Assembly (NCBI GenBank): GCA_001771535.1
Contig: MEUB01000036.1
Span: forward strand, 842 to 64,841
Length of the DNA: 64,000 nt
Source of the DNA: a candidate division WOR-1 bacterium RIFOXYB2_FULL_37_13
Lineage (GTDB): Bacteria > Margulisbacteria > WOR-1 > XYC2-FULL-46-14 > XYC2-FULL-37-10
Reading direction: 5' to 3'
Positions 30,863 through 38,715 of this stretch are shown here, in pieces (position 1 is the stretch's first letter; every line of letters starts with the position of its first letter). Position numbers and translations under genes: made by a program. The notes under the pieces were generated by a model. It saw only the letters and a list, made by a program, of their open reading frames with translations. It was not told the DNA's origin and ran no database searches.

Positions 30863-31158
30863 CTCGGTTGTTTGGAGAAGATGGCCACTGCTTTTTTTAA
30901 AATATCTCGCTCCAACCTGGCCTCTGCCAACTCTTTTCTTAAACGCCTGATTTTAAGAGATTCCTCAATCCCTCCGCTTGTTTCTCCGTCTTCTCCCTCT
31001 CTTCGATCACGTTTTTGCCATCCATACAGCGTACTCGATGACACTCCTAAATCTTTAGCAATTGAGGCTACAGGTCGCTTGCTGGTATTAATTAAATCCA
31101 GCGTTTCCCTAATGAAGTCCTTATCACACCGTTTATATGGTCCTTTCTTTTTCCCCAT
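30859..31158 (-). CDS. IS3 family transposase OrfA (HTH)
   Basis: IS3/IS911-type HTH (VASIAKDLGVSSSTLYGWQK) and leucine zipper. Confidence 0.8.
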   Translation of the reverse strand: MGKKKGPYKRCDKDFIRETLDLINTSKRPVASIAKDLGVSSSTLYGWQKRDRREGEDGETSGGIEESLKIRRLRKELAEARLERDILKKAVAIFSKQPR

Positions 31159-31227
31159 AAAATCCCCCCCCTCTAATATATTATCAAAATCTCTAATTAC
31201 TGTGTCTACTAAAAGGGGGGAGGGTCA

Positions 31228-31985
31228 CATATCGTGACAGATCAATTACTTTCACCAAGACTAATCCAAGGAAAATTAATATCGGCGAAAGAAAACGCCC
31301 TGAACCTCAAGGCAAGCCAGGCTATATCCGCGTAGATACTGTGCATCAGGGCGATTCCGACAAACAAAAAGGGGTCTATTATATAAATACTGTCGACGAA
31401 GTTACCCAATGGCAGGCAATTGCCGCTGTAGAAAAAATATCTGAAACATATTTACTCGAGGCTCTCTTAGGCTTGCTCAATCAATTTCCATTTGAAATCA
31501 TTGAATTTCATAGCGACAATGGTTCAGAATACATCAACAGACAAGTCGCAGAACTTTTAAACAGACTTTTAATTAAACTTACGAAATCTCGAGCTAGACA
31601 CTGTAATGATAACGCTTTAGTAGAGTCAAAAAATGGGGCTGTAATTAGAAAATGGATGGGCTATGCTCATATTCCTCAGAAACATGCCCAAGACATCAAC
31701 AAATTCTTTAAAAAATATTTTAATTTATATTTAAACTACTACAGACCTTCTATTTTCCCTGAAATTGTATTTTCTGCAAAAAGAAAAGAGGTCAAAAAAT
31801 ACAGATATGAGAATACAATGACCCCTTTCGCAAAACTAAAATCCATTTTTGAATACAAAAAGTTCCTCAAAAAGAATACTTCCGTCGTTGACTTAGAATT
31901 GTTTTTAAGCAATGATAGTCCTAATGAGTTTGCTGAAAAGGTGGTGAAGGCTCAAGATTGTCTCTTTAATGGCATTTCTACCTAA
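31228..31985 (+). pseudogene. C-terminal (DDE catalytic core) part of the IS481-like transposase, downstream of the nested IS3
   Basis: HSDNGSEY and CNDNALVESKNGAVIRKWMGY motifs (rve family); same frame as 29485..30000 once the 1256-bp IS3 and its 3-bp duplication are removed. Confidence 0.6.
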
Positions 31986-31992
31986 CCCTTTT

Positions 31993-32274
31993 TCAGGGAC
32001 ATTCTTGCATTAGAAAATACTCTCCCTTTTCACGAAGCTCCTGATCACTAACCAATGAAGTCCACAGAATCTTAAGAACAGAAATTATAAAAGGAAGAAA
32101 AATCAAGATCGACACAACAGGAATAGCTACGGGTAAAATATCACTCGGTCGCGAACCAAACCCCATAGCAACTCGGCTTCTATACATATCCAAAAAAACA
32201 GCTGGAATTATACCAAAAAAAGCAACGGTAAAAATAAAAATAGAAAAAATAATTATAAATTTTGCTGATCTCAT
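31993..32274 (-). pseudogene. N-terminal fragment of a DUF3592-like paralog split by IS insertion
   Basis: MRSAKFIII..RSRVAMG..SDQELREKGEY then FLMQECP-stop encoded by the IS right inverted repeat. Confidence 0.7.
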
Positions 32275-32371
32275 CTCTCCACCTCAATAACAGCTTAAAT
32301 TAGGAGAAATGCTTTGTCAATAAAGGTTTAAGTAGTATAATGCCTATACATTTAGTAAAAGGAGTTGTCAT

Positions 32372-32872
32372 ATGAATAAAGGTTTATTGATTGGCGTCAT
32401 AGTTTTGGGATTGATCGCATCTCTGTTTGTAGTCTTTAATTACAACTCAATGTTCGGTCTAGTCGTAGGTTTTATGACAGGGGGAGAAACTACTTGGAAC
32501 AACAATGCTTTAGGAACTAACCAGGGAGGCATAATTCACTTAGCCGCAATGCCGGGGAAAGGAATAAATCCCCCAAAACAGTTTCCAAAAGATTTACCTG
32601 TATATTCAAACAGTAAAATTATTACTCTGCATATAGATACAACACAAACTCCAAACTTGATCAATATAATAATGGAATCTGACGATGATGCAAATACAGT
32701 ACACAATTTTTATAAATCTGAAATGCAAAAGAATGGATGGGCGTTGAAAAGTGAAAATGGTTCAGTTTTTATGACAGATTGGACAAAAGACATCCGCAAA
32801 TTGAGCATTATGATATCTCAAGGCAAACGGGGAAATCCAAATACGCCAGGATGTTCTATAATGATTAATTAA
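32372..32872 (+). CDS. small N-terminally anchored secreted protein, paralog of 28801..29226
   Basis: TM/signal N-terminus, PKQFPKDLPVYSNSKI and NFYKSEMQKNGW motifs shared with the paralog; RBS AAAGGAG. Confidence 0.55.
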   Translation: MNKGLLIGVIVLGLIASLFVVFNYNSMFGLVVGFMTGGETTWNNNALGTNQGGIIHLAAMPGKGINPPKQFPKDLPVYSNSKIITLHIDTTQTPNLINIIMESDDDANTVHNFYKSEMQKNGWALKSENGSVFMTDWTKDIRKLSIMISQGKRGNPNTPGCSIMIN

Positions 32873-32878
32873 GCCTTA

Positions 32879-33739
32879 TTATATAGGCTTTTGTATACTT
32901 CCAGTCATAGCTATCATGACATGTGTTGGATCATTGTTGTCTATTTCACAAGGATATACAGCTCCCACTCTAATAAGTTGTAAGGCAACATCCGGCAAAG
33001 GCATCTCTTTATCAAGAACATATGGAGTTATTCCTTCTCCGGTTACCTCATATTTAAGAGAATAAACTTTTTGACCATTTTTTGTCTTTTCCGCATCGGC
33101 AAAACCCATTATCCTAGCCTGGCCTTTTTTTCCATTAACCACAACGCCTCGCTCCACATTCCCAGCAACCCCTAAATTTTGAAAATTTACAGGCATCCCT
33201 TGCATTATGGGTTGTCCTTGAAAATTTTGCGCAGTTCTTTTTTCTGAAGGATTAATATTCCAGGCATTTATAGCTACCCTTTTTGGGTTTTTTGGATCAA
33301 CCTTAACGGGGATAACGGCTCCCAACCGGATAAGAGAAAGCCCCATTAAAGGAACCATAAATTTGTCTTCTACAATATAAGGAGGCTGGTTTGAGGTCGA
33401 CACTTCCAGTTTCAGTTTCATCATCGGTTGATTGTTTATTTGCGTTCCGGTCTGAATAACCTCCAAAATTCGCGCTTGCCCGTCAACTCCTTTTTCACGA
33501 AGTTCTTGATCACTAAATATCATTTTCCAGATTATTTTAATAGGGCCAATCAAAGAAGGAATAACAAAAAAAATAATCGCAATAATAAATACTATCGGCA
33601 AAAAATCTATCGGACGCAAACTAAGTCCCATATCGACTCTACTTCTATAAATATTCAGAAAAACGGCCGGAAGAACACCAAAACAAACAACAATAAAAAC
33701 AAAAACAGAAGAAATAATTGCAAATTTTACTGATCTCAT
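32879..33739 (-). CDS. DUF3592-like membrane protein, intact two-domain paralog (286 aa)
   Basis: MRSVKFAII..RSRVDMG..SDQELREKG..GAVIPVKVDPKNPKRVAI, then a second degenerate copy (VGAVYPCEIDNNDPTHVMI); RBS GAGGTG. Confidence 0.65.
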   Translation of the reverse strand: MRSVKFAIISSVFVFIVVCFGVLPAVFLNIYRSRVDMGLSLRPIDFLPIVFIIAIIFFVIPSLIGPIKIIWKMIFSDQELREKGVDGQARILEVIQTGTQINNQPMMKLKLEVSTSNQPPYIVEDKFMVPLMGLSLIRLGAVIPVKVDPKNPKRVAINAWNINPSEKRTAQNFQGQPIMQGMPVNFQNLGVAGNVERGVVVNGKKGQARIMGFADAEKTKNGQKVYSLKYEVTGEGITPYVLDKEMPLPDVALQLIRVGAVYPCEIDNNDPTHVMIAMTGSIQKPI

Positions 33740-33756
33740 TTTTTCACCTCAATGAC

Positions 33757-33785
33757 AGCTTAAAATAGTAGAACTGCTTTGTCAA
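33757..33785 (-). promoter_or_regulatory. minus-strand promoter (TTGACA-17-TAAGCT) plus a GAGGTG RBS for the DUF3592-like paralog; conserved upstream of all three paralogs
   Basis: conserved block CACCTCAA..ACAGCTTAA...TGCTTTGTCAATAA.GG.TTAAG at 22480..22530, 32280..32330 and 33745..33795. Confidence 0.4.
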
Positions 33786-33806
33786 TAAGGGTTTAAGAAG
33801 TATAAT
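33779..33806 (+). promoter_or_regulatory. TTGTCA-16-TATAAT promoter ending 9 nt before the rsmH ATG; its -35 hexamer overlaps a minus-strand TTGACA serving the divergent paralog gene
   Basis: GCTTTGTCAATAAGGGTTTAAGAAGTATAATG; the same module recurs at 32296..32335 and partly at 22495..22530. Confidence 0.5.
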
Positions 33807-33815
33807 GTTTATTAT

Positions 33816-34715
33816 ATGGATACATTCCACCTGCCTGTAATGGCAAAAGAGATAGTTAATTTTCTCTCCCCTCTTAACGGAAAAACAATCGTCGATTGTA
33901 CGGTGGGTGGAGGGGGACACATCTCAAAACTAATATCCAATATCCAATTTCCAATTTCCAATGTCCAATGTCCAATGTCCAATTTCCACATCATAGCTAT
34001 CGACCAAGACCAGGAAGCTCTTGAGTTTGCTAAAAAACGATTGGCTAAATATGACAACATTGAATATATCCATGACAATTTTGGCAACTTGGCAAATATA
34101 ATAAAAGAGTCTGTTGATGCTTTTCTCTTTGATCTTGGCATTTCATCATACCAGATAGACCAGGCTTCCCGCGGTTTTAGCATACGATACGATGCGCCTC
34201 TTGATATGCGAATGGACAAAAGTAAACAGACATCCGCTCGCGAAATAATCCACAATTCAAGCGAGGATGAATTAGCGCAAATTTTCAAAGAGTATGGTGA
34301 AGAGCGGTTTTCAAGAAGAGTTGCCCGCGCGATTGTCTTGGAAAGAGACAAAAAAGAGATAAACACAACATTTGAGCTGAAAGATATAATAGAGAAAGCA
34401 ATCCCCACATGGAAAAAGAGAGAGTCTGTTACCCGCATATTCCAAGCACTCCGAATTGCTGTTAATTCAGAGCTTGATGTTTTAAAAAAAGCTCTGGAAT
34501 CAACAATCCCTTTACTTAAACCGGAAGGGAAAATAATCGTAATGTCGTATCATTCATTGGAAGATCGAATTGTTAAATGGTTTTTCAGAGATAAAGCTAA
34601 AAATGGTATACTTAATATACTTACAAAAAAGCCTGTTCTTGCGACAGAAGAAGAGACTGCAATTAATCCAAGGGCAAAAAGCGCTAAGTTGCGGTGCGCT
34701 GAAAAGAACAACTAA
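33816..34715 (+). CDS. rsmH: 16S rRNA (cytosine1402-N4)-methyltransferase RsmH, with a ~10-residue in-frame insertion encoded by a heptanucleotide repeat
   Basis: GGGGH, IAIDQD, FDLGISSYQID, DMRMD motifs of MraW/RsmH. Confidence 0.85.
   Translation: MDTFHLPVMAKEIVNFLSPLNGKTIVDCTVGGGGHISKLISNIQFPISNVQCPMSNFHIIAIDQDQEALEFAKKRLAKYDNIEYIHDNFGNLANIIKESVDAFLFDLGISSYQIDQASRGFSIRYDAPLDMRMDKSKQTSAREIIHNSSEDELAQIFKEYGEERFSRRVARAIVLERDKKEINTTFELKDIIEKAIPTWKKRESVTRIFQALRIAVNSELDVLKKALESTIPLLKPEGKIIVMSYHSLEDRIVKWFFRDKAKNGILNILTKKPVLATEEETAINPRAKSAKLRCAEKNN
33935..33990 (+). repeat. heptanucleotide tandem repeat (NTCCAAT)x8 in frame inside rsmH
   Basis: atccaat atccaat ttccaat ttccaat gtccaat gtccaat gtccaat ttccaca read directly. 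Confidence 0.85.
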
Positions 34716-34716
34716 A

Positions 34717-35004
34717 ATGAAAAAAATAAACGACAAATCAAAATATATAATACTTTTAATAGTAATTTTATTTTTGGTTCTGCTTCATTTATACATTCAA
34801 ACAAAAAGCATTACATTAAAATATGAGGGTACAAATTTAAAAATAAAACTTAAAGATATAAAAATTAAAAACAGAATCCTAGCAAGCATGCTGGCAAAGG
34901 AAGAATCCCTGTATAGAATCGAAAAAAGAGCAAAAGAAGAACTCGGCATGTCTTACCCAAAAGATATCAATTACATAATAATCAGGGAGGAAAATAAAAA
35001 ATGA
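34717..35004 (+). CDS. FtsL-like small bitopic cell-division protein
   Basis: 95 aa with an N-terminal TM then a coiled coil; lies directly after rsmH as in mraZ-rsmH-ftsL clusters. Confidence 0.45.
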   Translation: MKKINDKSKYIILLIVILFLVLLHLYIQTKSITLKYEGTNLKIKLKDIKIKNRILASMLAKEESLYRIEKRAKEELGMSYPKDINYIIIREENKK

Positions 35005-36428
35005 CAGTCCGCACAAGATTTGCTCCAAGCCCCACAGGGGCGCTTCACGTGGGAGGAGCCCGCACCGCTTTGTTTAACTGGTTGTTCGCAAGAAGCCAGG
35101 GCGGAAAATTTATTTTAAGAGTTGAAGATACTGATCAACTCCGATCGACAGATGAAGCTGTAAAAGCAATATATGACGGGATGGACTTTTTAGGCCTTGA
35201 TTGGGACGAAGGACCAAAAGCAGACGGCAGTTTTGGACCATACATGCAAACCGAGCGGCTGCATATTTACAAAGAATATGCCGATAAGCTACTAAAAGAA
35301 GGAAAAGCTTACTATTGTTTTTGTACAACCGAAGAATTGAATAAACAACGAAAAGAAGCGGCAGAAAAAAAAGAAGCTCCAAAATACAACAAGACATGCA
35401 CTAAACTTACGCAGGAAGAAGTACAAAACAGAATAAAAAACGGCCTTCCTTATGTTATAAGATTTGCAATGCCCGAATCAGAAAAAATAGAAATAGACGA
35501 TTTAATAAGAGGAAAAGTTGTCTTTGAAAGCGACCTGCTTGATGATTTTGTCATTATGAAATCGGATGGTTTTCCAACTTACAACTTTGCGGCAGTAGTA
35601 GACGACCACCTGATGCAAATAACCCACATTATCCGTGGAGATGATCATCTGTCAAATACGCCAAGGCAGATTGCCCTTTATGAAGCATTTGCTTTTGAAC
35701 TTCCCAAATTTGCGCATATCCCTATGATTTTGGGAAATGATAAAAAAAGATTATCAAAACGCCATGGTGCAACATCAGTTATTGCTTACAAAGACATGGG
35801 GTATCTACCGGAAGCAATGATAAATTATTTAGCGCGGCTTGGATGGGGACACAAGGATGAAGAAATATTTTCAAGGGAAGAGCTTCTTAAAATGTTCTCA
35901 TTGGATGGAGTTACAAAAAATCCCGCAGTTTTTGATGTTGAAAAATTAAACTGGCTGAATGGGCAATATATAAGAAAAGCCATTCCTGAAAGGATTGTAG
36001 ATTTTTGCGAACCTCTTTTGATAAACGCATATGGAGATCACGACATAAAACACATTTCAAAAATAGTGAGCCTCTTTTTAGACAGGCTTGTTGTTATTCC
36101 CGACATTGTAGAATTGACAGAATATTTTTTTAAAGATAATTTCACATTTACAGAAAAGGCTTTAAATAATTTAAAAAAAGAAGGGGCGCTCCAAATTTTA
36201 AAAGAGCTAAAAGAGAAAATTTCAAATGCTGAATCTTTCAACAAAGAGGAACTTGAGAAGGCTTTTAAAGGTCTTGCGGCGGAAAAAGGGGTAAAACTCG
36301 GAGTAATTATTCACCCCTGCCGCGCCGCTATAACCGGCCGGACAGAATCTCCCGGAATTTACGATGTTATAGAGGTTCTAGGCAAAGAAAAAGTTTTGGA
36401 GAGGATTGATAAGGCGTTGGTTAGTTGA
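35001..36428 (+). CDS. gltX: glutamyl-tRNA synthetase
   Basis: RFAPSPTGALHVGGARTAL (HIGH region), KLSKRHG (KMSKS). Confidence 0.9.
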   Translation: MTVRTRFAPSPTGALHVGGARTALFNWLFARSQGGKFILRVEDTDQLRSTDEAVKAIYDGMDFLGLDWDEGPKADGSFGPYMQTERLHIYKEYADKLLKEGKAYYCFCTTEELNKQRKEAAEKKEAPKYNKTCTKLTQEEVQNRIKNGLPYVIRFAMPESEKIEIDDLIRGKVVFESDLLDDFVIMKSDGFPTYNFAAVVDDHLMQITHIIRGDDHLSNTPRQIALYEAFAFELPKFAHIPMILGNDKKRLSKRHGATSVIAYKDMGYLPEAMINYLARLGWGHKDEEIFSREELLKMFSLDGVTKNPAVFDVEKLNWLNGQYIRKAIPERIVDFCEPLLINAYGDHDIKHISKIVSLFLDRLVVIPDIVELTEYFFKDNFTFTEKALNNLKKEGALQILKELKEKISNAESFNKEELEKAFKGLAAEKGVKLGVIIHPCRAAITGRTESPGIYDVIEVLGKEKVLERIDKALVS

Positions 36429-36473
36429 TGATTAAATTGATAATTAGGTTGATGATTAGCAAAGCGTTTATTT

Positions 36474-38045
36474 TTAAACATGATAATCCTGCAACGCTTT
36501 CACACTAAAGCCTTTTTTCTTGAACGATTCAAGGCCGTTTACAGTCGCACGGGCTCCCGAGAGGGTCGTAACGATTGGGATCATGCGCATGATGACTTCT
36601 GACCTGATTTTTGATTCGTCTACTTTTGTCTTTTTGTCTCCGGGAGTGTTTATGACAAGCTTAATTTCGTTGTTTTTTATAAGATCCAAAATGTCGGGCC
36701 TGCCCTCCCCCAGTTTTTCAACAACTTCAACCTCCAAGCTGTTCTTTCGCAAAACATCGGCGGTTCCTGATGTTGAAACAATTTTGTAGCCCAAAGTATC
36801 TATCCGTTTTGCAAACCCCACTATCGAACGCTTGTGCTTATCATCAACAGAGATAAATATTTTCCCTTCCATTGGAAGCTTTTGCCCTGCCGCAATTTGA
36901 GCTTTCATATAAGCAAGCCCCAAATCAGGATCAATTCCCATAACCTCTCCGGTCGACTTCATTTCGGGACCAAGAACTGGATCAACCCCAGGAAAACGAC
37001 TAAATGGAAAAACAGCCTCTTTAACAGAAAAATAAGAAGGAATAACTTCTTTTTCAATGCCAAGCTCTTTTAAAGTTTTTCCGATCATAACTTTTGTAGC
37101 AATTTTTGCCCATGGGATCCCTGTCGCTTTGCTTACAAATGGAACAGTTCGAGAGGCTCTCGGATTTACCTCAAGAACATAGAGAATATCCCCTTTTACC
37201 GCATATTGTATGTTCATCAAGCCGACAACGTTTAATTCTTTAGCAAGAGCGTGTGTCGCTTTGCGGATTTTATCCAACATAGTTTTTGAAAGGGAAAAAG
37301 TGGGTAGTGCGCAAGCAGAATCGCCTGAATGGATTCCAGCTTCTTCTATATGCTCCATGACACCGCAAATCACAGTCTCTTTACCGTCTGATACGCTATC
37401 AACATCAACTTCTATTGCGTCTTCTACAAATTTATCGACTAATATAGGCCTTTCTGGAGAAGCTATCACCGCTTTATTCATGTATTCTTCAAGATCTGCG
37501 TCATCATAAACAATCATCATCGCCCGACCACCCAAAACATAAGAAGGCCTAACAATAATAGGGAATCCTATCTCTTCAGCCACTTTTTGAGCCTCAATAA
37601 AAGAGATAGCTGTCCCGTTTGGCGGCTGGGTAAGTTTTAATTTTTTAAGAAGGACTTGAAATAATTTTCGGTCTTCTGCCCTATCTATGGAATCTACAGA
37701 AGTTCCGAGAATAGGCACTCCCGCCTTGTCAAGCCGCCATGATAAGTTGAGCGGGGTTTGCCCTCCAAATTGGACAATAACGCCTGTGGGGTTTTCTTTT
37801 TGCACTACATGGAGAACGTCTTCATATGTTAAAGGCTCAAAATAAAGCCGGTCTGAAGTATCAAAATCGGTGGAAACCGTTTCGGGGTTTGAGTTTATCA
37901 TAATAGCTTCATACCCCTCTTCTTTTAAAGCAAAAGAAGCGTGGCAGCAACAGTAATCAAATTCAATCCCCTGCCCTATGCGATTGGGTCCTCCACCTAA
38001 AACGATAACCCTTTTTTGATTTTGCAGGGGGGAGTAATTGGACAT
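36474..38045 (-). CDS. carB: carbamoyl-phosphate synthase large subunit, C-terminal half only (split carB: second ATP-grasp plus MGS-like domain)
   Basis: starts KRVIVLGGGPNRIGQGIEFDYCCCHASFALKEEGYEAIMINSNPETVSTDFDTSDRLYFEPLT, which matches the beginning of the second half of CarB; no N-terminal half adjacent. Confidence 0.8.
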   Translation of the reverse strand: MSNYSPLQNQKRVIVLGGGPNRIGQGIEFDYCCCHASFALKEEGYEAIMINSNPETVSTDFDTSDRLYFEPLTYEDVLHVVQKENPTGVIVQFGGQTPLNLSWRLDKAGVPILGTSVDSIDRAEDRKLFQVLLKKLKLTQPPNGTAISFIEAQKVAEEIGFPIIVRPSYVLGGRAMMIVYDDADLEEYMNKAVIASPERPILVDKFVEDAIEVDVDSVSDGKETVICGVMEHIEEAGIHSGDSACALPTFSLSKTMLDKIRKATHALAKELNVVGLMNIQYAVKGDILYVLEVNPRASRTVPFVSKATGIPWAKIATKVMIGKTLKELGIEKEVIPSYFSVKEAVFPFSRFPGVDPVLGPEMKSTGEVMGIDPDLGLAYMKAQIAAGQKLPMEGKIFISVDDKHKRSIVGFAKRIDTLGYKIVSTSGTADVLRKNSLEVEVVEKLGEGRPDILDLIKNNEIKLVINTPGDKKTKVDESKIRSEVIMRMIPIVTTLSGARATVNGLESFKKKGFSVKALQDYHV

Positions 38046-38147
38046 ATAAGCATCCTACCAGATTGCGCCATTGCCAGTCAAGATTCGCTTGACAACATAT
38101 AAGCTCAAACAATATACTTAAGGCAATTAAACAAGGAGGGAAAAAGA

Positions 38148-38633
38148 ATGAAAAAATTTGTTATGCTGCTATCTATTTTTGTCGCTGGGGTTATTGTTTT
38201 GGGTTTACCGGTATCTGCCGCATGGAGAGGCACTGAAGGAAGAGAAGCTACGAGGCGAACCGTTGGGAAAGCTGCTGTAAAAGAATCTGGAAAAACAACA
38301 GAAGATATCAGAGGAAGATCAGGGAGAACTGAAGGAAGAAGAGCTGTTGGAAAAGCAGCTGTAAAACAGTCCGGGAAAACAACAGAAGATATCAGAGGCG
38401 TTGAAGGAAGACAGGAGACAAGAAGAACCACCAGTAAAGCGATTCTTAAAGAATCTGGAAAAACAACAGAAGATATCAGAGGAAGATCAGGGAGAACTGA
38501 AGGAAGAAGAGCTGTTGGAAAAGCAGCTGTAAAACAGTCAGGGAAAACAACAGAAGAGATAAGAGGGGTTGAAGGAAGACAAGAATTCAGACAAGAGGTA
38601 GGCAAAGACGTCTACGAAGAGACAAAAGAATAA
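38148..38633 (+). CDS. secreted basic tandem-repeat protein (about five 28-aa repeats ...GKAAVKxSGKTTEDIRG...)
   Basis: strong RBS AAGGAGGG, signal peptide MKKFVMLLSIFVAGVIVLGLPVSAAW, repeat-encoded body; the antisense ORF 38105..38605 is a shadow. Confidence 0.7.
   Translation: MKKFVMLLSIFVAGVIVLGLPVSAAWRGTEGREATRRTVGKAAVKESGKTTEDIRGRSGRTEGRRAVGKAAVKQSGKTTEDIRGVEGRQETRRTTSKAILKESGKTTEDIRGRSGRTEGRRAVGKAAVKQSGKTTEEIRGVEGRQEFRQEVGKDVYEETKE
38245..38600 (+). repeat. tandem DNA repeat, 84-bp unit in a 168-bp higher-order period, coding
   Basis: GAAGATATCAGAGGAAGATCAGGGAGAACTGAAGGAAGAAGAGCTGTTGG... recurs 168 bp apart (38301 and 38469). Confidence 0.8.
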
Positions 38634-38660
38634 AAGAACTTAGCGTTATGATGATAAAAA

Positions 38661-38690
38661 AGGCCGGCTTAAAAGCTGGCCTTTTTATTT
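38661..38690 (+). terminator. rho-independent terminator after the repeat-protein gene
   Basis: AGGCCGGC-TTAAAA-GCTGGCCT stem-loop followed by TTTTTATTT. Confidence 0.7.
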
Positions 38691-38715
38691 GATAAAATGG
38701 TATAATAGTATCGTT

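Larger units (their letters stand above)
29972..31227 (-). mobile_element. IS3-family insertion sequence, apparently intact (orfA, orfB, A7G frameshift site, 28-30-bp IRs, 3-bp CAT target duplication)
   Basis: IRL TGATCTTCCCCCCAAAAAGTAGACAGTA at 29972 and IRR (reverse complement TGACCCTCCCCCCTTTTAGTAGACACAGTA) ending at 31227; flanking CAT/CAT; slippery TTTTTTT (A7 on the coding strand) at 30893..30899 where orfA and orfB overlap. Confidence 0.8.
29409..32016 (+). mobile_element. IS481-like (rve/DDE integrase-core) insertion sequence, itself interrupted by a nested IS3-family element
   Basis: imperfect terminal inverted repeats TGTCTAATGCAAGATGTCCCTGAAG (left, with a second subterminal copy at 29445..29469) and its reverse complement at 31992..32016; a single transposase reading frame is restored if the nested element is removed. 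Confidence 0.65.

Noticed and set aside
30836-31237. 133-aa plus-strand ORF inside the IS3 element
   Set aside because: Antisense to the orfA/orfB junction. IS3 elements encode transposase on one strand only.
33812-34438. 208-aa minus-strand ORF opposite rsmH
   Set aside because: Lies entirely antisense to a gene with clear RsmH motifs. No RBS.
34570-34716. Upstream extension of the ftsL-like ORF to 34570
   Set aside because: The extension overlaps the rsmH 3' end in another frame. The trimmed start at 34717 gives a classic N-terminal-TM FtsL-like protein.
38245-38600. Possible CRISPR array (regular direct repeats)
   Set aside because: Repeats are contiguous with no unique spacers and are in-frame coding sequence of a secreted protein. 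No cas genes nearby.
38105-38605. 166-aa minus-strand ORF across the tandem repeat
   Set aside because: Mirror ORF kept open by the coding repeat. The plus-strand gene has the RBS, signal peptide and terminator.
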